The translations under genes and the position numbers were made by a program. The notes under the pieces were generated by a model. That model had not been told where the DNA came from and made no database searches. It saw only the letters and a program-made list of their open reading frames with translations. From assembly GCA_007132715.1 (NCBI GenBank), contig SLOE01000047.1:105428-169427 (forward strand): a stretch of DNA of 64,000 bases, in the 5' to 3' direction. Positions within the stretch are counted from its first letter, which is position 1. Each line of letters opens with the position of its first letter. Origin of the DNA: Bacteroidales bacterium. GTDB taxonomy: Bacteria; Bacteroidota; Bacteroidia; Bacteroidales; PUMT01. Of this stretch, positions 56,040 to 64,000 are shown piece by piece.

Positions 56040-57542
56040 CTACCCGGGGATGGCAGGGTCGAGCGACCGGAGGAAGTCAATCGATTCCCTGATATCCTCA
56101 AACATCACCCGGTCACTGTCAATAAACGATACCCTTTTCCGGTAGGATTCAACAATGCCTTCCAGGAATGCAGAGCTGCGCACCGGGCGGCGGAATTCAA
56201 GCGCCTGGGCTGCGTTGTACAGCTCAATGGCCAGCACTTTTTCGGTATTTTCGACAACCTTCAGGGCCTTTACCGCGGCATTGGCGCCCATGCTCACATG
56301 GTCCTCCTGTCCGCCGCTCGATTCGATCGTATCGACCGAGGCAGGAGTGCAAAGCTGCTTGTTCTCGCTTACTATGGCAGCCGCTGTGTACTGCGGTATC
56401 ATAAACCCGCTGTTCAGTCCGGGATTGGCCACCAGGAACAGCGGCAATCCCCGCTTACCCGAAAGCAGCCGGTATATTCTCCTTTCCGAAATGCTTGCCA
56501 GCTCGGCTACGGCAATACAAAGGTGGTCAAGGGCAAGAGCCAGCGGTTGTCCGTGAAAGTTTCCCCCTGAAAGTACCAGGTCCTCATCCGGAAATATGGT
56601 TGGGTTATCGGTAACAGAATTTATCTCACGCTCAAATACACTCCCCACGTATTCGAGGGCATCCCTTGAAGCGCCGTGAACCTGAGGGATGCACCTGAAA
56701 GAATAGGGGTCCTGCACATGCTTCTTGGTCCGCGAAACAATCTCACTCCCCTCCAGTATCTTCAGCACCCTTGCAGCAGTTTCAGCCTGTCCCCGATGCG
56801 GCCTCACCTTATGCAAAAGCTCATGAAATGCCCCGGGGCAGCCGTCGTATGCATCAAGGGAGAGGGCGGCCGTTATATCGGCAAGATGAAGGAGCCTGCG
56901 GGCCTCAATACAGCACCAGGTACCGTATGCCCCCATAAACTGGGTTCCGTTCAGCAGGGCAAGGCCTTCTTTGGACTTAAGCACAAGCGGTTCCCATTCG
57001 TACTTCGAAAGTGCTTCGGAGGCGGTCATCCTGCTGCCAGCATGGGTCACCTCCCCAAGTCCGATGAGTGGCAGGCTGAGATGGGCAAGCGGCGCCAGGT
57101 CGCCCGAGGCCCCCAGTGAACCCTGCCGGTAAACAACAGGCAGAACATCATGATTGAAGAAATCGACCAGCCTCTGCACCGTGGCAAGGTGCACACCTGA
57201 ATGACCACGGGAAAGCGATACTATCTTAAGAAGAAGCATCAGCTTTACAAGGTGTCCGGGCACCTCCTCCCCCATACCGCAGGCATGCGACATCACCAGG
57301 TTCTTCTGAAGGGTGTCGAGGTCTGAGGGAGGAATCCTCCTGTCATACAGCGAGCCAAATCCGGTATTGATGCCGTAAACGGGTTCGTCCGATTCAGCAA
57401 GCTTATTGTCCAGGTATTCCCTGCAACGGGTAATCAGGCCACTCACCTCCTCCGTCAGCCCGAGCTTAAGGTTCCCCGAAAGGATATCCCTGATATCTGT
57501 GGCTGAAATACCGCCTGTCGTGATCTCGTAAAATTTATCCAC
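56040..57542 (-). CDS. hutH: histidine ammonia-lyase
   Basis: MIO-forming GASGDLAPLAH. The NLVMSHACG segment carries the Ser-His pair typical of HAL rather than TAL or PAL. Confidence 0.85.
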   Translation of the reverse strand: MDKFYEITTGGISATDIRDILSGNLKLGLTEEVSGLITRCREYLDNKLAESDEPVYGINTGFGSLYDRRIPPSDLDTLQKNLVMSHACGMGEEVPGHLVKLMLLLKIVSLSRGHSGVHLATVQRLVDFFNHDVLPVVYRQGSLGASGDLAPLAHLSLPLIGLGEVTHAGSRMTASEALSKYEWEPLVLKSKEGLALLNGTQFMGAYGTWCCIEARRLLHLADITAALSLDAYDGCPGAFHELLHKVRPHRGQAETAARVLKILEGSEIVSRTKKHVQDPYSFRCIPQVHGASRDALEYVGSVFEREINSVTDNPTIFPDEDLVLSGGNFHGQPLALALDHLCIAVAELASISERRIYRLLSGKRGLPLFLVANPGLNSGFMIPQYTAAAIVSENKQLCTPASVDTIESSGGQEDHVSMGANAAVKALKVVENTEKVLAIELYNAAQALEFRRPVRSSAFLEGIVESYRKRVSFIDSDRVMFEDIRESIDFLRSLDPAIPG

Positions 57543-57548
57543 TTTCCG

Positions 57549-59777
57549 TCAGTTAAACCAGTATGACATCTTGAACACCACAGCCCTGTTGCGGGCATCC
57601 ATGGTTTCGGGGAAGTAGTTGTCGGTATATACAAGGAATATGTCCGATACCGGCTTGTACCTCCACTGCAGACGTGCGTTGATGTTCAGGTTGTCAAGCT
57701 GTTCATTGTACTGTATAAAGGTAGTAAAGAAAAGTGTATTGGTAAAAGTAACATCTATTTTGGGCCCGACCAGCCAGAAGCTGTTCCTGTCCCACGGCTC
57801 AGGCAGCAGCAGGTCATTGTAGCTGAAGAACAACGATACGCTTCCATAGGGCTGGTAACGGTAATTGAGGTCGCCCTCAACAAACCGGCGGTTACCGTTG
57901 TAAAACCCGCCATAGCCGGCAGCAACCCTGTACCTGAAAAGCTTGCGGGTATCTGATCTGTACATTAACGACGCCTCCGACCAGTCATGCTCGCTGCCCG
58001 CCGGCAGCACACTTATACCGGTGTTGGTCGGATCAAAGTCACGCCTCAGCATTACGTAGTTGTGGTTATATACAATATCTATCCTGCTCAGGTTGTGAAA
58101 TGTAAAGTAGTAGCCCAGGCTGCTCTCCCTGTCGGTCATACTGAAATCAGAAGGACTGAAGTAGCTGTTTACCAGTCCCACGATCCCATGCTGCTCAAGG
58201 CGGGACGCTTCAGGATAGAACCTCACCGTCAGGCGGGGGCTTATCTGCAAGAAGTCAGTGCGGGGCACAAATCCCGCCGCGGCCACATAGTTGTCGCCCA
58301 CATAGTACTGCTCAATGCCGAGGCGAATCCTCTGGCGGTGATAGCTGAGCTCCATACCCTGGGTAAATTGCGAGTCACCTTCTGCACGTTCGGTAATTGA
58401 CCCCAGCCCGAAAAAGCTGCCGGTCCAGAAGTTATCAGGACTCGCCAGGTTAAACTGCAACCCGCCGGTCCGGTTGTAGCCATATCCGTCCCATCCTTCC
58501 GGACCGCCGAAATTCTGCTGATTCACGAATATACCGGTTATGTTTGAACGGGATAATACCCGCCGCTGCAGTGATGCCACAAAGAAATTGCGTGAGGGGT
58601 TCTCCGGTGTCTGCTCCGTATGCATGTCCATCACCCCTATCCGCCAGTCCTGTCCCATATTGCCGCTGAGCCTCGCCCCTGCAAGCACCGGGGCATCGAG
58701 CCCTATCCGGCGCGAAAAGAAGGGCCGTATCCTCCTTGACCCGAAGTTGGCAAAAAGGTCTGAATTTTCAAGGAAAAACTGCCGCTTCTCGGGAAAGAAC
58801 AGCTCGAACCTGTCCAGGTCGGTTATCTGCTGATCGACATCAGCCTGCGAAAAATCGGGGTTATAGGTAAGATCAAGGTTCAGCGATGTTGACAGGGCAA
58901 CCTTTGCGTCTATGCCGGCATCACCACGGTAACGGGTGTCGGTGCCCGCAACAAAATCGCGTGAGGCACCGCCAAACACATATGGTATGAGCGAGAGCCT
59001 TATGCCGGGATCGGGCGGTGGTTCGTCCCACTGCAGTATGCCGCAATAAGCAAGCGATGCCGTCGGAAACTGCCTTGGTACAGGCGCCCAGGAAGATTTT
59101 TCGTTGATTTTCAGGTCAAGCCTGCTGAAGTTTATGTTCCACCTGTCCAGTCCCGCCTTATATCTTAACGAGCTGAAGGGTATACGCATCTCAGCCACCC
59201 ACCTGTCATCATAGCTCCTGGTCACCACCTCCCATTTGGCATCCCAGGTAAGGTCGACCGCGTGTCCGTTGTTCATGGTGCCATCCCACATGGCCCCTGC
59301 AGCGTTCACCCCGAATGAATACCCTGTGGTCAGGTCGTTGAAAGGGTCGATGAACATCAGGAAGTTGTCGTTCGTTCCGAAGCTGAAGTCCCTGCGCAAT
59401 GATTCGACAACACGCGGGCCGGGTATCACGTCATAGAATACAAGCGAAAGATAAACTGCATCATCGTCATAGGTCATCCTTATCTCCGACACCGCCTCGC
59501 TGTAGCTGGTATCATAGGGTGTCACCATGAAAAAATCGGTTGCAACGTCAGCCCGCAGCCAGTCCTCCTCATCAATTACACCGTCCAGGACTATCTCCCC
59601 TTCCATCTTTCTGATGTTGAGCACGTAGTCGCTGTTAATAGGTTGTCCTGAGGCCCTTGCCTCTGCCTGTTGTCCCCGCACCTCATTGGTGCCGGCTGCA
59701 CCCACAGGGCAGAAAAGGATGAAAACGGATAAAAGAAATACTGACAGGCCTTCCGGCCGGAAACTGTTTTCTGTCAT
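57549..59777 (-). CDS. CBM9-like + DUF5916 domain outer-membrane protein
   Basis: Signal peptide. N-terminal module LDGVIDEEDWLRADVATDF. The long beta-rich C-terminal region ends in SYWFN. Confidence 0.6.
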   Translation of the reverse strand: MTENSFRPEGLSVFLLSVFILFCPVGAAGTNEVRGQQAEARASGQPINSDYVLNIRKMEGEIVLDGVIDEEDWLRADVATDFFMVTPYDTSYSEAVSEIRMTYDDDAVYLSLVFYDVIPGPRVVESLRRDFSFGTNDNFLMFIDPFNDLTTGYSFGVNAAGAMWDGTMNNGHAVDLTWDAKWEVVTRSYDDRWVAEMRIPFSSLRYKAGLDRWNINFSRLDLKINEKSSWAPVPRQFPTASLAYCGILQWDEPPPDPGIRLSLIPYVFGGASRDFVAGTDTRYRGDAGIDAKVALSTSLNLDLTYNPDFSQADVDQQITDLDRFELFFPEKRQFFLENSDLFANFGSRRIRPFFSRRIGLDAPVLAGARLSGNMGQDWRIGVMDMHTEQTPENPSRNFFVASLQRRVLSRSNITGIFVNQQNFGGPEGWDGYGYNRTGGLQFNLASPDNFWTGSFFGLGSITERAEGDSQFTQGMELSYHRQRIRLGIEQYYVGDNYVAAAGFVPRTDFLQISPRLTVRFYPEASRLEQHGIVGLVNSYFSPSDFSMTDRESSLGYYFTFHNLSRIDIVYNHNYVMLRRDFDPTNTGISVLPAGSEHDWSEASLMYRSDTRKLFRYRVAAGYGGFYNGNRRFVEGDLNYRYQPYGSVSLFFSYNDLLLPEPWDRNSFWLVGPKIDVTFTNTLFFTTFIQYNEQLDNLNINARLQWRYKPVSDIFLVYTDNYFPETMDARNRAVVFKMSYWFN

Positions 59778-59796
59778 CTGAAATAAGTGGTGGATA

Positions 59797-60564
59797 TTAC
59801 AACTCTCTTATTGATATGTTGCGGAACTGCACGAGTGAGGGAGAACTGACCCATTCGCCGTCAACCATACGGCCATGATGCTGCAGTGCTATGGGACCGC
59901 TTTCGGGCACACCGGGCAACTGTGCATCTTCAATTACCGCATGTCCGTTCAGCACAACAGTGAGCCGGTCACCCTTCATGGTGATCTCAAATGTGTTCCA
60001 CTCTCCAACATGGTTATCGGCCATCATCGAGGGTGTAACACCTGCCCTCACCCCGGGAGGCATGTTGGGATCCATCCTGTAGCCGTATACCTCGCCCGAG
60101 CCAATGGGCCATGTCCAGATATTCACCTGTGCCTTCGATGTCCCCCTCAGGTAGACGCCCGAGTCACTGTCCGGCACCGACATCCTGATTACCTGGCCGT
60201 CGGCATTTAGCTGGTGAGTTCCGTCAGGCCTTATAATGGGCACATTGTGATTTATGAATGGGGTCTCCTTGATCCGCCAGTCAAGTCTCAGTACAAAATC
60301 ACTGAAAGAATCCCTGGTCCACAGGTTCTTGTCCCCCGGCGCCTCACTCAGGGCATCATAATCTATCACCCCGTCAATAACCTGCCAGTGCCCGTTATCG
60401 CCTTCGGGCACGATCCAGCCTGTGAGGTCCTTTCCGTTAAACAGCTCCTTCCACCCCCTGCTCTCCTCACTTTCAGCAAATGCCGGACCGATAACTGTTA
60501 CGGCAAAAAGTAATGCGGTTACACCGGCTGTTTTTTTCAACCTGGTCAAAGTGCATGATCTCAT
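59797..60564 (-). CDS. DUF1080 (3-keto-disaccharide hydrolase-like) secreted protein
   Basis: Signal peptide. WKELFNGKDLTGW...GHWQVIDGVI...LQHHG...FRNI are classic DUF1080 blocks. Confidence 0.75.
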   Translation of the reverse strand: MRSCTLTRLKKTAGVTALLFAVTVIGPAFAESEESRGWKELFNGKDLTGWIVPEGDNGHWQVIDGVIDYDALSEAPGDKNLWTRDSFSDFVLRLDWRIKETPFINHNVPIIRPDGTHQLNADGQVIRMSVPDSDSGVYLRGTSKAQVNIWTWPIGSGEVYGYRMDPNMPPGVRAGVTPSMMADNHVGEWNTFEITMKGDRLTVVLNGHAVIEDAQLPGVPESGPIALQHHGRMVDGEWVSSPSLVQFRNISIREL

Positions 60565-60589
60565 GATTAAATGGTTTAAGTTTACACGT

Positions 60590-60698
60590 TTAAATCACTG
60601 CCCGGCACTCTCCTGCCTGTTATGACCCGCCGGGCTTTGCTATGAAGGGCTAAATTACATAATAAAATTAATTTAAAAGCCCGGGGCAGTTTATTTAA
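60590..60698. repeat. imperfect inverted repeat (~16-19 bp arms, 74-bp spacer)
   Basis: Left arm ttaaatcactgcccgg (60590-60605). Right arm cccggggcagtttatttaa (60680-60698). Confidence 0.5.
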
Positions 60699-60808
60699 CC
60701 CTTAACAATGTTTATTTATATCTTGCAGGCCACAGACGAACATAATATTATGCCTTCAGGTACAAAACCGTTTGGATGATCAACTAACTCTTTAAACCCT
60801 GTAATAAC

Positions 60809-61771
60809 ATGGAAGCCTTAAAAATTGCCACAGCACAGTTTGAGCACAGGAGCGGGGACAAACAGTACAATATACGGCAGATTGAAAAATTGTCAGCCAT
60901 AGCGGCCGGACAGGGTGCGCGTGCTGTTGCATTTCACGAATGCTCACTTACCGGCTATACCTTTGCCCGCAAGCTGTCGCTCGGCCAGATGCTTGAGCTG
61001 GCCGAGCCCTTACCGCAAGGGAACAGCATTGAACAGCTCAGGTTTATAGCCGAAAAACATGATATAGCGGTACTGGCCGGACTATTTGAAAAAGACAGCG
61101 AAAACAATATATACAAGGCCTATGTTTGTGTTGACAAGACCGGCATGATTGCCAGGCACAGGAAGCTTCACCCGTTCATAAACCCACACATAACGCCGGG
61201 AAACAGCTTTACCGTATTTGAGCTTTCCGGCTGGAAGTGCGGAATTCTCATATGCTACGACAACAATATCCCGGAGAATGTAAGGGCAACCGGACTGCTG
61301 GGTGCCGATATCATCTTTATGCCGCATGTAACAATGTGTACCCCGTCCAGCCGGCCGGGAGCAGGGTTTGTGAACCAGGAACTGTGGAATAACAGGGAAA
61401 ATGATCCCACCTCACTGCGTCTTGAGTTTGACGGGATGAAGGGAAGGGCCTGGCTGATGAAGTGGTTGCCATCCAGGGCATATGACAATGCAGCATATGT
61501 TATATTCTCCAACCCCATAGGAATGGATGACGACCAGCTTAAAAACGGCTGTTCAATGATTATCGATCCCTTTGGTGACATAATTGCAGAATGCCGCAAC
61601 CTTGGCAATGATGTTCAGAGTGCACTTTGCACCCCTGAAATGCTTACCCTCGCCGGAGGCCATCGCTACAGGCAGGCAAGGAGGCCGGACCTTTACCGCG
61701 ACATCCTGGGGATGAAACACAAACCGGGGCAGAAAATTGCCTGGATGGACAGTGACGAAGATGCAGATTAA
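60809..61771 (+). CDS. carbon-nitrogen hydrolase (nitrilase superfamily)
   Basis: The Glu-Lys-Cys triad context is present: AFHECSLTGY, HRKLHPF, GILICYDN. Confidence 0.8.
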   Translation: MEALKIATAQFEHRSGDKQYNIRQIEKLSAIAAGQGARAVAFHECSLTGYTFARKLSLGQMLELAEPLPQGNSIEQLRFIAEKHDIAVLAGLFEKDSENNIYKAYVCVDKTGMIARHRKLHPFINPHITPGNSFTVFELSGWKCGILICYDNNIPENVRATGLLGADIIFMPHVTMCTPSSRPGAGFVNQELWNNRENDPTSLRLEFDGMKGRAWLMKWLPSRAYDNAAYVIFSNPIGMDDDQLKNGCSMIIDPFGDIIAECRNLGNDVQSALCTPEMLTLAGGHRYRQARRPDLYRDILGMKHKPGQKIAWMDSDEDAD

Positions 61772-62007
61772 TTCCACAGGTACCTGACAGATTATTGCTC
61801 ATCAACAAAAACATGCTATTGGTCAATTTTCCAGATAATTACCCGGCGAAACCACAACAAAGTCACAAATTAACTGTTTACTTAGTCATATTTGGCACTG
61901 TATTTGAGTGGCCACCTCTTCAGTAACCGGAAAAACAAATCAATGCTCTTAACAGAGATTGACCGGATATAAAATAAATATTACTTAAAACCTTAAAACT
62001 GTTTATT

Positions 62008-62802
62008 ATGAAAAAGACAAAACTACTGCTGATGGCAGCACTCCTGATAGTTGCTGCCGTATTTACCGCTTGTGAAGATGATGAGATCTTCGATCCCCCA
62101 ACCGTTTTAACCTCGGCCGGAGGTGAAATAGTCCTGGCAGAAGGAGTTGAGGAGTACACCATTGAGGGCACAGTGCTGTCAGATGCCGGCGTTGCAGAAA
62201 TAAAGCTTCTTGAAGTAACCGATGACGGAAACTTCCAGATCGGAACCACCCTTACTAATTTTGAGAATCCCAATTCAGTGCCCTACAGCTTCACCATTAC
62301 CGGCATAACCGATGTACTTGTTGTGAAGGTGGAAGCCACAGATGTTGAGATGCAGACCAGCTACTCAAATGAGATCACCCTGGTATACACGCCCATACCC
62401 GAGACACCGCTTACAGAAGCCGAAGAGGCTACATGGCAGAGGGTTGGTCGTACTGCAGGTACCGGACTCGGGGAGTTCGGGCTGAAATGGACCTTAAATG
62501 AAAAGTCAGTGATGGCTGTTATAAGTAAAGAGACGGCAGAAAAGTTCGTGCAGCTTGATGAAGAGGCGTGGGAAGAGATTGAAACTCTCGAGGCTCTTAC
62601 CGAGGCAGTGGACGATGCAGAAGACATGGAAGACTACAGGGGTGTATCGGCCGGACAGAATGCCACCTACAATGATGTACTTGCAACTGTTGTAGACGGC
62701 CAGTATTTCCTCATCCTGGTAAAATCTGCAACGGTCACTACCGCCGACGCAGGCACCACCATCACCATTGAAGTCGAATACAAGACAGCAGAGACGGAAT
62801 AA
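62008..62802 (+). CDS. acidic hypothetical lipoprotein
   Basis: Lipobox AVFTAC followed by EDDE. Very acidic. I recognise no family. Confidence 0.5.
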   Translation: MKKTKLLLMAALLIVAAVFTACEDDEIFDPPTVLTSAGGEIVLAEGVEEYTIEGTVLSDAGVAEIKLLEVTDDGNFQIGTTLTNFENPNSVPYSFTITGITDVLVVKVEATDVEMQTSYSNEITLVYTPIPETPLTEAEEATWQRVGRTAGTGLGEFGLKWTLNEKSVMAVISKETAEKFVQLDEEAWEEIETLEALTEAVDDAEDMEDYRGVSAGQNATYNDVLATVVDGQYFLILVKSATVTTADAGTTITIEVEYKTAETE

Positions 62803-62878
62803 CAGAACACGATCCGGCACGGGAGCTGACCTTAAGGCATTTGTCCTTATCTTAATCCCCGGACATAACTACAATTTA

Positions 62879-62913
62879 TCCCCGGCAGATTTTCAGATCG
62901 CCGGGGATTTTTT
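62879..62913 (+). terminator. rho-independent terminator
   Basis: tccccggc / gccgggga stem (extendable by 3 bp with a bulge) followed by TTTTTT. Confidence 0.7.
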
Positions 62914-63170
62914 ATGCCGGTAATAATACCTGCCCTCCAATTCGCTGATGGTTAAAAAAAGTTAACCGGCTGATTGTCCGAAATGCTACCCGGAGCAAAT
63001 GACTGCAAAATGCATGGCCTTATCATTCTGATTTTAAAACCTATAAAACAGCCTGCATGTTTCCCAGCATATTTAGACTGAAAATAAACTATTTCAGGGT
63101 GAGATACATGCCCCTGAAACACATGCACTAAGTGTTATATTTACACTGTTAAATTTATAAAGAATTATCA

Positions 63171-64000
63171 ATGAGACTTCTAATTCTGTCACAACTTGTA
63201 TTTTTAGCATTTTTAACTCCATGCAACAGCCAGGTTGTTCAAAACTGGCGGGGGCCCGAAAGGATGGGTATCTACCATGATACAGGGCTCCTGCAGGAGT
63301 GGCCGGTTGGGGGACCGGTAATGGAGTGGGCTTTTGAACAACTGGGCGAAGGGTTTACTTCTCCCGTCATTCATGAAGAGAAAATATTCATCACCGGCAT
63401 GGAAAACAGGACCGGCTATCTTTATGTGCTTTCAGCCGCAGGGATACTGGAAAGAAAATTTCCCTACGGAGAGGAATACTATCGAAGCTACCCCGGAAGC
63501 CGCAGTACTCCGGCAATTGTTGGCAGCCTTGCCTATATAGTGACAGGGCACGGTTTGCTGGTGTGCATGGACCATACCAGCGGACAAATTTTATGGCAAC
63601 GCGACCTGTTCAACGATTTCGATGGCAGCAACATAAGATGGGGATTGACCGAAAACCTGCTGGTGTCGGGCGACACCCTCTTCTGCACTCCCGGCGGCAC
63701 AGAATATAATATCGCCGCCCTGAACCGGCACAACGGAGAGGTGATATGGGCAAGCCCCGGAACCGGGGGATTGTCTTCTTATTGTTCACCGCTCCTGATC
63801 AACCACAACGGGAGGAGAATACTCGTAACAATGATGCAGAGGAATATTGCGGGTGTAGATGCAGCCAGCGGCGAAACATTGTGGACTCATCCCCATGCCA
63901 ACTTCAGAAACATCCACCCCAATACACCCATCTATCATGAGGGATATATATTTGCTTTCAGCGGATATGGAATGGGAGGAGTTAAGCTAAGGCTGAACAG
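63171..64000 (+). CDS. PQQ-like (BamB/YxaL-type) beta-propeller repeat protein, 3' end cut by the window edge
   Basis: Not in the ORF track because it has no stop codon. My translation from the ATG at 63171: MRLLILSQLVFLAFLTPCNSQVVQNWRGPERMGIY...GLLVCMDHTSGQILWQRDL...ALNRHNGEVIWAS...GVDAASGETLWTH. The repeated G(E/Q).(L/I)W blades are typical of PQQ-like propellers. Confidence 0.6.
   Translation, partial: MRLLILSQLVFLAFLTPCNSQVVQNWRGPERMGIYHDTGLLQEWPVGGPVMEWAFEQLGEGFTSPVIHEEKIFITGMENRTGYLYVLSAAGILERKFPYGEEYYRSYPGSRSTPAIVGSLAYIVTGHGLLVCMDHTSGQILWQRDLFNDFDGSNIRWGLTENLLVSGDTLFCTPGGTEYNIAALNRHNGEVIWASPGTGGLSSYCSPLLINHNGRRILVTMMQRNIAGVDAASGETLWTHPHANFRNIHPNTPIYHEGYIFAFSGYGMGGVKLRLN

Noticed and set aside
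1-64000. Window-wide scan for CRISPR arrays, tRNA/rRNA genes, IS elements or transposases, integrases, prophage genes, toxin-antitoxin pairs and known defence systems
   Set aside because: I found none. The repeats present are few-copy tandem or direct duplications, not spacer-interspersed arrays. Every intergenic gap is 370 bp or shorter and lacks tRNA-like structure. No ORF shows transposase, integrase, phage or nuclease/ATPase defence signatures.

Overview
This 64-kb window looks like an ordinary chromosomal core region of a Bacteroidota genome, probably an anaerobic or facultative Bacteroidales/Marinilabiliales-like organism. The phylum call rests on four things: gldD/gldE gliding genes; a T9SS C-terminal sorting domain and PorG-like barrels upstream of uppS-bamA-skp-skp; TAnnTTTG -7 promoter boxes; and no Shine-Dalgarno sequences. 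I support about 58 protein-coding genes, tightly packed on both strands. They cover housekeeping (ssb, HU, RNase G, pth, L25, prs, engB, ychF, tkt, nadK, pdxJ, udk, murI, uppS), envelope biogenesis (bamA, two skp, DsbD-like), central metabolism (korAB, manA, hutH), lipid acyltransferases, and secreted hydrolases. Two features are missing from the ORF track: a 30-codon, highly basic bS22/mS38-like ORF (6622..6714), and a 3'-truncated PQQ-like beta-propeller gene running off the window end (63171..64000). I found no rRNA, tRNA, CRISPR array, IS element, integrase, prophage or recognisable defence or toxin-antitoxin module. I therefore cannot claim a clear new system. The best candidates for undescribed biology are two. 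(1) A two-gene unit at 16360..19266 encodes a membrane-anchored NapC/NirT tetrahaem cytochrome fused to a cysteine-less FGE-like domain, followed by a Tat-exported Gfo/Idh/MocA dehydrogenase. (2) A 1032-aa protein joins a zincin HExxH domain, a PD40 beta-propeller and an Omp85-type barrel with no POTRA region. Smaller oddities are near-perfect tandem repeats (52 bp across a stop codon; 54 bp inside an outer-membrane protein gene), a duplicated terminator, and a G9 tract with 18-bp repeats upstream of gldE. All functional calls come from motif recognition by eye and remembered family features. No database search was run.
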